Virus record (IMG/VR): IMGVR_UViG_3300045988_079349
Origin: a virus
Direction: 5' to 3' (one strand)
DNA length: 62,911 nucleotides
Position 1 is the stretch's first letter. Every line of letters begins with the position of its first letter. The notes below the pieces were generated by a model. The model did no database searches and was not told where the DNA came from. It worked only from the letters and a program-made list of their open reading frames with translations. Shown piece after piece: positions 8,460 through 17,063 of the stretch. The position numbers and the translations under genes are program-made.

Positions 8460-8924
8460 TTAGTCCAGATTGTTGATATATTCAATAATGTTTGTAGTTT
8501 GGGGGTCTACGGTATCCCCTAAATGCCAGCCGTTTCTAATTTTGCCGTTATCATCAAAGAGGATAAACGGCGGTTCATAGAAACTACGGAATACACATTT
8601 AGCTTTAGTTGTTCCATACGCCACACAATGGCATTTATGGGCCGGAAATTTATGCCTTGCAAGCCATTCCTTTTTGGCGGCTGTGACTGCTTTCTTATAT
8701 TCAGGGGGGCTTTCAGGGGGCAACCATGTAATAACTCGAACCTCCCACCCGTTACTAATTGCGTTTAGAAGCGCATTTCGGAGGGCGTTCATATCCCACA
8801 TGGGGGCGGCGTCTCGGAATGGGCTGGGGTCTCCATCGCGGAGTTTTTCAAGCCAGTTGGGGACTGCGTATAGATCTGCAATTGTCCCGTCCATATCAAA
8901 GCAGAGCATTTTTTTAGTTATCAT
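8460..8924 (-). CDS. HAD-superfamily 5'(3')-deoxyribonucleotidase-like protein
   Basis: N-terminal HAD motif I LCFDMDGTIADLY; NT5C-like size and layout. Confidence 0.6.
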   Translation of the reverse strand: MITKKMLCFDMDGTIADLYAVPNWLEKLRDGDPSPFRDAAPMWDMNALRNALLNAISNGWEVRVITWLPPESPPEYKKAVTAAKKEWLARHKFPAHKCHCVAYGTTKAKCVFRSFYEPPFILFDDNGKIRNGWHLGDTVDPQTTNIIEYINNLD

Positions 8925-8954
8925 ATATATATAACCTCCTTTTGTTTTATTATA

Positions 8955-9179
8955 CTACCTGTTGCCTATCTTGTCAACAAGTTTTTCAAAGAAATTTTTA
9001 TGCCGATATACCTTATAAGGCATTGACGTATAATCCACATAAATTAGAGGGTCGCGCAAAAGAATAGCTTGCATATAGACCCCATAATTCTCTGTGGTGG
9101 TAGTACCACCAAATTGGCGGCGGTAGATTTCAGCCACAGTTAAACACTCATTAGGCCGAATAAACTTTGAAGGTTTCAT
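8955..9179 (-). CDS. hypothetical protein (74 aa)
   Basis: ORF track; AAGGAGGG RBS. Confidence 0.5.
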   Translation of the reverse strand: MKPSKFIRPNECLTVAEIYRRQFGGTTTTENYGVYMQAILLRDPLIYVDYTSMPYKVYRHKNFFEKLVDKIGNR

Positions 9180-9194
9180 TTAGTGTCCCTCCTT

Positions 9195-9330
9195 CTTTCT
9201 GTACTAATAATACCATAATTTAAGGATAATTGCAAGATGACATTTTGCACAAGATTTCAAGTCAAAAATTGTGCAGAACTTACAAACAAGAAAACTCGGC
9301 GCGCTGTGAGCGTCAGCGCGCCGTCGAAAT
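9195..9330 (-). promoter_or_regulatory. operator/promoter module (second copy) plus GC-rich palindrome
   Basis: Minus reads TTCTGCACAA-N16-TTGTGCAA then TTGCAA-17-TGgTATTAT. Upstream palindrome CGGCGCGCTGtgagcgtCAGCGCGCCG. Confidence 0.5.
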
Positions 9331-9362
9331 TTTGGTATAAAAAAAGAGGGCCGAAGCCCTCT

Positions 9363-9821
9363 TTAATTTTCTGCAAATTGAGCTAGAAATTGCGCAGAAA
9401 GTCGAACCATATCATGCGCTGATTCTTTATCGTTTTTATAGCAAATAAAGCCGATTACCTCACCTTCTGCAATAATAGGAGTAACAAACAACGATTTTCC
9501 CTTCCATTCAGTACCCCAATTACGAATATTGAACCATTCATCCGGGGTCTTTGACATTCCGAAGGGGCGAGGGCCGCACAAAAGACTTGAATTATCAAAA
9601 ACCGACGCTAAAATGCCGTTAATGCTTAAAACTTTTTGAATATGTGCGGCCTGAGGAGCAAAAGAAGATAGTAGGGAATATTTCTTGAAAACCACCCCGC
9701 CATCTTCAATAAAGATTTCTAGCGGGTCGCCTTCCCGAATATTCATATTCCGACGAATTTCCTTAGGAATTACTACCCGGCCGAGATCATCAATGCGCCG
9801 CACAATGCCAGTTGCTTTCAT
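9363..9821 (-). CDS. SpoVT/AbrB-family transcriptional regulator (AbrB swapped-hairpin N-domain plus GAF-like C-domain)
   Basis: MKATGIVRRIDDLGRVVIPKEIRRNMNIREGDPLEIF matches AbrB/SpoVT. The likely start is this ATG rather than the track's TTG at 9842. Terminator AGAGGGCcgaaGCCCTCT plus T-run at 9343-9362. Confidence 0.7.
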   Translation of the reverse strand: MKATGIVRRIDDLGRVVIPKEIRRNMNIREGDPLEIFIEDGGVVFKKYSLLSSFAPQAAHIQKVLSINGILASVFDNSSLLCGPRPFGMSKTPDEWFNIRNWGTEWKGKSLFVTPIIAEGEVIGFICYKNDKESAHDMVRLSAQFLAQFAEN

Positions 9822-9872
9822 TTTTTTTATTAGAGAGGGCAAGGCTATTGCTTGCCCTCTCTACCTCCTTCC

Positions 9873-10268
9873 TTAAAACTCCTTGCGCAGTTCCTCAAGC
9901 ATGGCTGTTAAGGTGTTCATATCTCCACCCATTTCTAATTTGACGCACATGAGCCGGGTCTGCTCGTTAATCCATGTGTTAATCTCTGCGATTTCATCAT
10001 CCATTTTTTCCTTGGCCGGAGTATAAATGCCGCAAGTGCAGGTCTGGATGACATTCTCGCAATATCTGGAAGTCTTATAGCCCTTAGCCTGCATTTCCGC
10101 CTGGATAGTATCGCCCAGCTCATTGGCCGACTTGACGATAGCCTCCTTAAAAGCCTCCAGCGCGTCGAACTCTGGCTGATACCTCTCCCGGATAGCCGCC
10201 TCCTTACAGGCAGAAATCTTGCGAACCTCGTCACGAACATATTCTTCAATTCTCTTAGTAACACGCAT
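9873..10268 (-). CDS. hypothetical protein (131 aa)
   Basis: ORF track. Confidence 0.5.
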   Translation of the reverse strand: MRVTKRIEEYVRDEVRKISACKEAAIRERYQPEFDALEAFKEAIVKSANELGDTIQAEMQAKGYKTSRYCENVIQTCTCGIYTPAKEKMDDEIAEINTWINEQTRLMCVKLEMGGDMNTLTAMLEELRKEF

Positions 10269-10339
10269 TTCTAAAAACTCCCTTTCTGTTTTAATTTGAG
10301 AGGTTTTACTCGTTTCCCCTCTTTACATTTAATAGTATA

Positions 10340-10460
10340 GCAGATTTCGGGAGAAGTGTCAATCGTCAAAATGCACAACATTTGCAAACATATTTTGTTG
10401 AAACTGCTGATCCAGAAAAAATCGGACCGCGCCCATCCTGCGCGGTCCGCCCGCGAAAAA
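10340..10460 (-). promoter_or_regulatory. operator/promoter module with GC-rich palindrome
   Basis: Minus reads CAGTTTCAACAAaatATG, then TTTGCAAATGTTGTGCA, then TTGACA-17-TATACT. Upstream palindrome GGACCGCGCccatcctGCGCGGTCC. Confidence 0.45.
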
Positions 10461-10495
10461 AGACAAAAAGAAATGCCCCGAAAGGGGCAAATCTT

Positions 10496-10852
10496 TTAAA
10501 AATTTCCCTCTACATTGTCGCTACAAACCTCCCACCACATATCTTCATCCAGCAGGCCCAGCTCTTCAAGCCACCTGCAAAGTTCCTCTGCCTTTTTGGA
10601 AAGTGAAACCAGATGAACCATGCAATCCTGATCCCGGAAAACAAATATCTTGTCCTTTTCTTCGGTTTCCACTCCCTTCGGGACGGGTTCATTCCCATAG
10701 GCTTCGCCGCATTTCTGCATAAGCAGGCCCCGGTCAGTACCTACAATCTCCAGAAAATCGCCCTCGTTAATTCCGAGAGACTGGCGCACCTCCTTGGGGA
10801 TAACCACGCGTCCCAGATCATCCATCCTCCGAGTGATGCCGATAACTTTCAT
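10496..10852 (-). CDS. AbrB/MazE-family DNA-binding protein (118 aa)
   Basis: MKVIGITRRMDDLGRVVIPKEVRQSLGINEGDFLEIV. Confidence 0.7.
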   Translation of the reverse strand: MKVIGITRRMDDLGRVVIPKEVRQSLGINEGDFLEIVGTDRGLLMQKCGEAYGNEPVPKGVETEEKDKIFVFRDQDCMVHLVSLSKKAEELCRWLEELGLLDEDMWWEVCSDNVEGNF

Positions 10853-10914
10853 CTTTATACTTCCTTTCTAAATTTTATGGTAGGCGCCTAGTTGCCCAGG
10901 CGCCTTTATCCAGT

Positions 10915-11235
10915 TTACAGCATAGACAGAAGGGCGTCAATGTCAACCTCACTGGATACGCGGTCGGCCTCCTCGTCAAAGACTGCCTTCAAAATGTCGG
11001 CCGCATCATCTGGAGTACAGGCATCCTCAAGCAAGAACTTCCCCAGAGATTGAACCAAAGCTAAATCAGCCGAATGGCGGTCTACCGTACGCATCGCCAT
11101 ATGAAGGGCAATCAGGCCATCCTTATCCTCCTGGGTCATCTTAGGCAGAGTAGTCATAATATGCTTCCTTTCTGGTTTATAGAGTTTTCCTTCTCTTGAT
11201 AGTGTTATTATATCATAAAGGGCTAGGTTTGTCAA
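10915..11235 (-). CDS. hypothetical protein (106 aa)
   Basis: ORF track; promoter TTGACAaacctagccctttatgatataaTAACAC-like upstream. Confidence 0.5.
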   Translation of the reverse strand: MTNLALYDIITLSREGKLYKPERKHIMTTLPKMTQEDKDGLIALHMAMRTVDRHSADLALVQSLGKFLLEDACTPDDAADILKAVFDEEADRVSSEVDIDALLSML

Positions 11236-11241
11236 TACCCT

Positions 11242-11385
11242 TTACATCGGAGTATTTATAATATATCCGAACATTGCGATTTCAGCCGTGAAGAATATAG
11301 CAAGCCAGAAATGCTCTTTTACCAGAGCCACTACATACTGGATCGTTAGGCAAATGGCAAGAATGATTATGATAAAAGTTGTCAT
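11242..11385 (-). CDS. small membrane peptide (~47 aa, MTTFIIIILAICLTIQYVVALVKEHFWLAIFF...)
   Basis: ATAGGAGAAACAAAT RBS then ATG; below the 60-aa track cutoff. Confidence 0.35.
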   Translation of the reverse strand: MTTFIIIILAICLTIQYVVALVKEHFWLAIFFTAEIAMFGYIINTPM

Positions 11386-11412
11386 ATTTGTTTCTCCTAT
11401 GGTGGAGAGGGA

Positions 11413-11652
11413 TTACACCCTCTCCACCTCGATAATTTCCATGTCGAAATCTTCCCAGCAGGCCCCAAGGAGCATATCATGCCGCAGGTCGTTTTCGCTT
11501 TCGTAGTCCATATCCTCCAGAATATCCTGCCAGTTATCGGGATTATATTGCTTTTTCAGCCAGTCCCAGCCCGCGCCACGAGCTAACCGCAGATCATCAG
11601 ATACACAGATAATCTTCTCACGATTATCAGCCATAACCACATAGCTTTTCAT
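11413..11652 (-). CDS. hypothetical acidic protein (79 aa)
   Basis: ORF track. Confidence 0.5.
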   Translation of the reverse strand: MKSYVVMADNREKIICVSDDLRLARGAGWDWLKKQYNPDNWQDILEDMDYESENDLRHDMLLGACWEDFDMEIIEVERV

Positions 11653-11898
11653 TTTCTTTTACTCCCTTTCTTGAGGGCTTTTGTTCTCCCCTCTTGATGG
11701 TCTAAGTATACCAGAACGGGAGGGGAAAGTCAAGCGATTTTGGGAAATTTCCTCTCGTCAATTTCACCAATAAACTGATCCAAAAATTGTGCAAATTGCC
11801 TCTTGACAAAAAATTCCGGCCGCTGCGCTCATGCGCGGCCGGCTGAACAATATATTTTGAATTGGAAAAGAAATTCCTCCCATTTTGGGAGGAAAATC

Positions 11899-12096
11899 TC
11901 AATCTACATATTCTCGATTTAAAACTTTTACAACCTCTTCAGGTTTACGTCGAGACCGGAAAAGAGCATCTTCATAGGAATAACCAGAGATATTGTCGGT
12001 CGAGCCATTTTCAAGCAAAATCTCAAATTCATACATATCTCTCAACTTCCTTTCTTTTGATAACTTAATTTTAACATAAGAATTTCGGGAAGTCAA
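11899..12096 (-). CDS. hypothetical protein (65 aa)
   Basis: ORF track only. Confidence 0.35.
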   Translation of the reverse strand: MTSRNSYVKIKLSKERKLRDMYEFEILLENGSTDNISGYSYEDALFRSRRKPEEVVKVLNREYVD

Positions 12097-12329
12097 TCGG
12101 TACTTTCAACAATTTTCATTCCATTTGCTTGTATAATTCGCATAGCTTCTTCAAGAGAAGTATTGTCAACGGAGCCACAGTCGATACAAATATATTTTCT
12201 GCCATCCTTTACCATAGTAGTGAAATAATATTCTTGACCAGAAACAAGGCCCATCTACTCTCGTAGTCTTACGGGAATCATGATGCGCCCACTTGAATCC
12301 AATTTCCTTGAGAAAGTAGTTTCTTGCAT
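12093..12329 (-). CDS. AbrB/MazE-like swapped-hairpin protein containing one in-frame TAG (78 aa)
   Basis: MQETTFSRKLDSSGRIMIPVRLRE[TAG]MGLVSGQEYYFTTMVKDGRKYICIDCGSVDNTSLEEAMRIIQANGMKIVESTD. The AbrB-domain alignment (RKVDELGRVVIPIELRRTLGI...) runs straight across the TAG. Confidence 0.55.
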
Positions 12330-12581
12330 TTTGATAAATAAATTCTAGTGACCTAGGTTCGTGCGAAAAACGACTCCATCACGGGAATCGCCGATTTGTA
12401 ACAATCGGAGGGAATAATTACCACTCGCAAGGCATTTTCTGGCAGAACTGAGCCATAGGACAATTCTTACAAGAATCCTAGTTCAAACAGAACTCCAGAA
12501 TGACCGCAAGAGCTTTCAGCACTTCTAAGGTTATTAGAAAACTCCTTTCTTTGTTTTTCTATATATATTATAGAATATTTT

Positions 12582-12616
12582 TTTAAAAAAAGCAAGGGCT
12601 GACTTATGCCAGCCCC
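12582..12616 (-). terminator. intrinsic terminator for gene 12710..12961
   Basis: Minus reads GGGCTGGCATAAGTCAGCCC followed by TTGCTTTTTTT. Confidence 0.5.
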
Positions 12617-12709
12617 AGCCTCTGCAACCAGACAAGGTGATATTTCCCCAATCTTACCAAAACTGTTCCATATCCCTTATTAGTCCAAACGGTGGAACCA
12701 ATAGGATAT

Positions 12710-12961
12710 TCACGCGGAAGTCTCTCGATAGTCATTGATAATCCCCTTTTCTGTAAAGAATCCGACAAGATGTTCTGCTGCACTGGACTTATGCGGAGTT
12801 ATCAACAACCACGCACCGCGAAGATTATCAATAGTCGATAAAGACCAGTCCGCGCCCATCTGACTAATTAAGCACTCGAAACTTGCTCGATCCTCAAGAG
12901 AGTTAAACGAAACTACATATTTTCCCATGCGGAAATCGACCTCCATAGAATTTTTTATCAT
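12710..12961 (-). CDS. hypothetical protein (83 aa)
   Basis: ORF track. Confidence 0.45.
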   Translation of the reverse strand: MIKNSMEVDFRMGKYVVSFNSLEDRASFECLISQMGADWSLSTIDNLRGAWLLITPHKSSAAEHLVGFFTEKGIINDYRETSA

Positions 12962-13000
12962 GGGGAGTGGAAGTCATAGACCTCCACTCCCGCAGGTTTC

Positions 13001-13240
13001 TTATGCGTTAATGTAGATATTAACGCCACCTTCTTCTCTCATTTCAATCTCAGTCACCTGCTTCTTGAACAGGGCGCTGAGGTCATCGCCATAAAAGTCA
13101 CCGCCGAGCTGGAGCTTCCATTCCTTGTCAAACCGGAAATGTGCGCCGGTATTGCTGTCGATTACCTGAATAGCCGCATCCTCTTCCAGACAGAAAGAGT
13201 ATTGCCGGAACAAAATCACAACGTCTTTGAAGCACACCAT
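13001..13240 (-). CDS. hypothetical protein (79 aa)
   Basis: ORF track; promoter TTGACA-17-TGgTATATT upstream at about 13290-13330. Confidence 0.5.
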   Translation of the reverse strand: MVCFKDVVILFRQYSFCLEEDAAIQVIDSNTGAHFRFDKEWKLQLGGDFYGDDLSALFKKQVTEIEMREEGGVNIYINA

Positions 13241-13339
13241 TTCTTTTACTTCCTTTCAAATTCTTTTTGTGGTCTGTCTCTCTGGACAAGTATAATATAC
13301 CATACCCACAAAGGAATGTCAAGCGATTTCGGGAGAAAA

Positions 13340-13441
13340 ATTCTCGGCAGATTGCACAAACTTTTGGCCATATAATTGTTGAAACTGCCGAACAAACAAA
13401 AATTCGGGCCGCGGCGCACGCTGGCGGCCCGGCGAAAAGTC
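13340..13441 (-). promoter_or_regulatory. operator/promoter module with GC-rich palindrome
   Basis: Minus reads CAGTTTCAACAAttATATG, then TTTGTGCAA, then TTGACA-17-TGgTATATT. Palindrome CGGGCCGCGGcgcacgCTGGCGGCCCG. Confidence 0.45.
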
Positions 13442-13640
13442 AATATGGGAAAGTGCACAAAAATATCCGGCAATCTTTGTGCAGATTACCGGATAGAATA
13501 TTAAAACATCACAGTAAAGAAGTTATACTCACTATGCTGTGGATTTGGATAGCTGTTATCTGCTACTATGTCAGCCCAGCTCAAAGCAATCCAGAGAAGG
13601 AGAGCGGCGCAAAGGCCGCCTCCTATATACCGTAGCACTC

Positions 13641-14027
13641 TCATACCGCAGGCTCCTTCCCCAGAAGGTCATACCGTCCAGGGATTTCGGCATTAAGCCT
13701 ATCCCATTCTTTGGCAGTTACCCTGTCATACTCATTATAATAGTTATCCCGAATGATATAAAGCTGTTCTGTGGTGTCCTTATCCAGAGCGGCCTTATAC
13801 TCGTCAAGAGAGGCAGGACGAGTGTGAAGCTTGCTGTTGATATACCGTGCATTGATAAAGGCCCAATGTGGCATGACGGCCTTAGAGATAGCATTAAAAG
13901 CGTCTAAGTCAAGGATGATACCATCATCCACAGCGGCCGCCTTCACATTCATGGAGTAACGGAGAACACGCACGAACTCAGGCTTATTAAAGGTGGGATT
14001 GGTGTAATACTTGATGAAGTTAGACAT
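13641..14027 (-). CDS. hypothetical protein (128 aa)
   Basis: ORF track. Confidence 0.5.
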   Translation of the reverse strand: MSNFIKYYTNPTFNKPEFVRVLRYSMNVKAAAVDDGIILDLDAFNAISKAVMPHWAFINARYINSKLHTRPASLDEYKAALDKDTTEQLYIIRDNYYNEYDRVTAKEWDRLNAEIPGRYDLLGKEPAV

Positions 14028-14082
14028 ATCTTTTATCCTTTCTCCCCGTATAGCCGTTAGGTCAGCTTCTTGTGGTATATGG

Positions 14083-14232
14083 TTACTTGATAGCTTCGCC
14101 GGTAGACAGGTCTACAATCCAATAGTCAGGATTGACAAGCTCATGGTCTACTCTCCATCTTGCGTGTGCAAAAGTAGACGGCTCATAGTATCGCATTTTG
14201 TCACCCACTAAAACCTGCAACTGATACCTCAT
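14083..14232 (-). CDS. hypothetical small protein (~49 aa, MRYQLQVLVGDKMRYYEPSTFAHARW...)
   Basis: AGAAAGAAGG RBS then an internal ATG of the track ORF 14083..14346. Confidence 0.4.
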   Translation of the reverse strand: MRYQLQVLVGDKMRYYEPSTFAHARWRVDHELVNPDYWIVDLSTGEAIK

Positions 14233-14303
14233 AATACAGCCTTCTTTCTTTTGATTATTATAACCCTGCCTTGCCTTGGGTTTTGCAAGGCAGGGTTTAT
14301 AAA

Positions 14304-14681
14304 CTACTGCTGATTGAGTTCTTTTTGCTGGTCTTTCGTTGCCCAATCAAGAGAGGTTCTGACCGTCGGACGCTTGCGGTATTGCTCCGCCTCTGCCTCT
14401 GTGCCGCCTTTAGCTAAAGCGTAGGCTTTCCAGTCTATCGCTCCTTTAGCGGTAGTCTCTTTATAGACCACCGCATGAACGGCGCCCTTTATCTGGACTG
14501 TGCCGTACAGATAAGAGGTCTTATCCGTGGTCTTGAACTCTTTCCCCAAACGGGTGAAAAGCTCTTTCGCTTTGGCCTTGGCCGCTTTCTCTGCAACCTC
14601 TGCCGCCGCTACTGCTTGCTTAGCGGCTAAGTACTCCATGATGACCTTCCTATCATCATTAGTAAAATCAATCTTTTTCAT
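14304..14681 (-). CDS. hypothetical Ala/Lys-rich protein (125 aa)
   Basis: ORF track; promoter TTGACA..TGaTACAAT at about 14725-14765. Confidence 0.5.
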   Translation of the reverse strand: MKKIDFTNDDRKVIMEYLAAKQAVAAAEVAEKAAKAKAKELFTRLGKEFKTTDKTSYLYGTVQIKGAVHAVVYKETTAKGAIDWKAYALAKGGTEAEAEQYRKRPTVRTSLDWATKDQQKELNQQ

Positions 14682-14849
14682 CTTTTTTACTCCCTTTTTT
14701 TTTGTGGTGTGGTTCTCTTGTGTTCTGCCTGTATTGTATCAAGTCTTTTAAGACTTGTCAATACTTTTTTTTGAAAAATTTTTAATTTTCAAGGTTCAGG
14801 GGTTTTGCCCTTGTCCTAACTGGACAAGTCCAGTTTACACCCATTGACC

Positions 14850-14945
14850 CCATTTGTCAACAGTTTTTTTGCACAAGATCCGCATTGTCCTGTTGTGCAG
14901 TTTGCACAAGTCTTGTCTTTACGCGCGTGCGCGTGTTCCTTTAGG
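14850..14945 (-). promoter_or_regulatory. cluster of TTGTGCAA/TTGCACAA operator boxes plus GC-rich palindrome
   Basis: ttttttgcacaagatccgcattgtcctgttgtgcagtttgcacaag followed by cgcgcgtgcgcg. Confidence 0.4.
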
Positions 14946-15317
14946 GCGTGGCTTTTTACTTTCATGCTTTAATGAGTGAAAGAGGCTGACTACACTTCAG
15001 CACTTTACCATGTGAAAGGGGAGGGTGTATTTTGGGAAAAACTGGAAATTTTTTCGCAAATTCGTTCTGCCACGCCATTTCAAAATCCAAATCGTACTTT
15101 CAATCTCAATAACGGAAAAAAGATGAAAGGCTAAATTTAACCTTTCATCTTTTTTCCACAACTAGGGCAAAAATTATATTCTCCTGCTTCATCATAGGTA
15201 ACTAATAAATCGCCATCTTCCTTATAACACGAATGAGTGAATCCGCAATTTAAACACAAAGAATATAAGGCTCCATTCCCCTTAAATTTTATAATAAGCC
15301 ATTTTCCATTCTATCCC

Positions 15318-15755
15318 TTAATGGTATAATTGATATTTTCTGCCAATCTTATCAATCTCCTCAGCTTCCATTGGCCTAAATCCAATACAAGTGAGAGTCC
15401 CTTCAGGACTCTCTTTTTCCAGCTCTGTCCTGCAAGCATCGTAAATCAAAAAGTAATCTTTATACTCCTCCATACCGAGCTCTTTAGCTGCTTCGACCGC
15501 CCGCAATAAATCATCTTTATTCTTCGCGCGGCAAACAACTTTAGTCTCTGCCCCCGTTATCCAATCATGGAATAAGTCTGTATCGAGACTTATATCCATA
15601 TGATACATAATGCCATCTCTTTCCCGAACCACTTCTTTGCTTCCCCAAAGAATCTTTTCCAAAAGAAAAGCAATAGAAGCATGGGAAACTTGCGCAGCTA
15701 GCTTACCCGGAGACATATTTAAATCTTTTCTAGCTATAATTAACTGTTTATACAT
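15318..15755 (-). CDS. pth2: peptidyl-tRNA hydrolase, PTH2 family
   Basis: LIIARKDLNMSPGKLAAQVSHASIAFL matches the PTH2 signature (vVRtDLkMgkGKiaAQcsHA). Confidence 0.65.
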   Translation of the reverse strand: MYKQLIIARKDLNMSPGKLAAQVSHASIAFLLEKILWGSKEVVRERDGIMYHMDISLDTDLFHDWITGAETKVVCRAKNKDDLLRAVEAAKELGMEEYKDYFLIYDACRTELEKESPEGTLTCIGFRPMEAEEIDKIGRKYQLYH

Positions 15756-16504
15756 TCTTTACCTGCTTTCAAAAATGCTCTAAAATTCTGGGAATTGCGG
15801 TCAGGAATTGCAAAATAAATATTTGGAATATTATAATTGCGAGCTGCGCCTATGAGCAAGGTTGCGACCGTATACGGATCTTGCATAAAAACTCCACAAC
15901 CCCAGGCTCCCGCGACTAGATTTTCCACACCGTTTTCCTCAGCAATCTGATACATAAAGTGAATTCGATTTTCAAGAACTCTATCATTCTCGCTTTTACT
16001 CACACTCTGGTATCTATGCGCCGTTCGGAAATTCGGGGCCGCGCAAGTTATAACATCTGCTTCCTTTTGTTTGTTATTCCGCTCGAATACTACACTAGGA
16101 GAATACAGCGCTCTATTCAAGTATAAAGCCTTATTTAACCTCTGCCGATTCCATGCGTAATACGTCCCATCAAAAGCAAGAAGAATAGGGTAAAGATTGG
16201 ATTCATGACACAGAGCCTCTTCTTGCGCAGGACTACCTTCTAGGAAGAAACCACCAGGACTTTTATAACTGGCATAGTTAAGAATTGCTGTTCTACCATT
16301 GTCAGATAAGTTGAATAGACAAGATACGCTATCCATATCTGTTAGAGTAAAAGCTGGTTTCTGATTGCCGGATTCATGCTGTGTAAAAGAATCTGGACTA
16401 TATACATATGTGCGCTCGATAGATAATTTAGTGTTTGCGGCAAGTCTAGTTTTAATATCTTCATAATGAGCTCGTGCCTTGATTGCGCGCTCCTGTTTTG
16501 TCAT
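15740..16504 (-). CDS. macro-domain / bacterial PARG-like protein (TIGR02452/DUF2263 family)
   Basis: NYASYKSPGGFFLEGSPAQEEALCHESNLYPIL and LVAGAWGCGVFMQDP match the DUF2263 PARG-like signature motifs. Confidence 0.6.
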   Translation of the reverse strand: MTKQERAIKARAHYEDIKTRLAANTKLSIERTYVYSPDSFTQHESGNQKPAFTLTDMDSVSCLFNLSDNGRTAILNYASYKSPGGFFLEGSPAQEEALCHESNLYPILLAFDGTYYAWNRQRLNKALYLNRALYSPSVVFERNNKQKEADVITCAAPNFRTAHRYQSVSKSENDRVLENRIHFMYQIAEENGVENLVAGAWGCGVFMQDPYTVATLLIGAARNYNIPNIYFAIPDRNSQNFRAFLKAGKECINS

Positions 16505-16703
16505 CGCGGCCTCCTTTTATAAAAATGCCGTTGGGCAAAATTAAATAATTGTCTTATTTTATTTTTCAAATAAAGTGTGTTGAGTTTTTAATTCCTCGAT
16601 CTTCTACTTTAACTCTTTGTTTTCTTTTATTACTTTTGCATATTCGCATGAATCATCGCATCTAATTGGATCATACTATTGATGCAATCTAAGATAACAA
16701 TAA

Positions 16704-17063
16704 TCAATGCATGGGTTCATATTTACACCCCTTTATTCTACAATCTAGTAAACACTGTCCTGTAGCTCCATCACAGGGAATTGCATCAGGGTAATCCTCA
16801 AAATAAGACGAAGCTAATAGGACTTCATACCCGAGTTCTCGCAATATTCTTTCTGCGATATATCTATTCCTCAGCTTTACCCATTCTTCTCTATTTATTT
16901 TTGTTTCTCTGTATATTTCTCTGGATTTCTCCATATCTACTGTTATGCTGCCATCAATATTAGTCTTAAATGTTGAATCCTGTGTACGATAAAATTCTCG
17001 AAAAGGATTTTCAATATGAAGAACCTCTCTAGCATAATTATCAAAATCTTCTGAGAATTTCAT
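16704..17063 (-). CDS. hypothetical protein (ATG overlaps the folD stop as TAATGA)
   Basis: Track ORF 16704..17096; the more likely start is MKFSEDFDNY at about 17063. Confidence 0.5.
   Translation of the reverse strand: MKFSEDFDNYAREVLHIENPFREFYRTQDSTFKTNIDGSITVDMEKSREIYRETKINREEWVKLRNRYIAERILRELGYEVLLASSYFEDYPDAIPCDGATGQCLLDCRIKGCKYEPMH

Noticed and set aside
6290-14945. CRISPR array as an explanation for the repeated intergenic modules
   Set aside because: The repeats vary in length and content, contain promoters and hairpins, and are separated by genes of unequal size. No cas genes are present.
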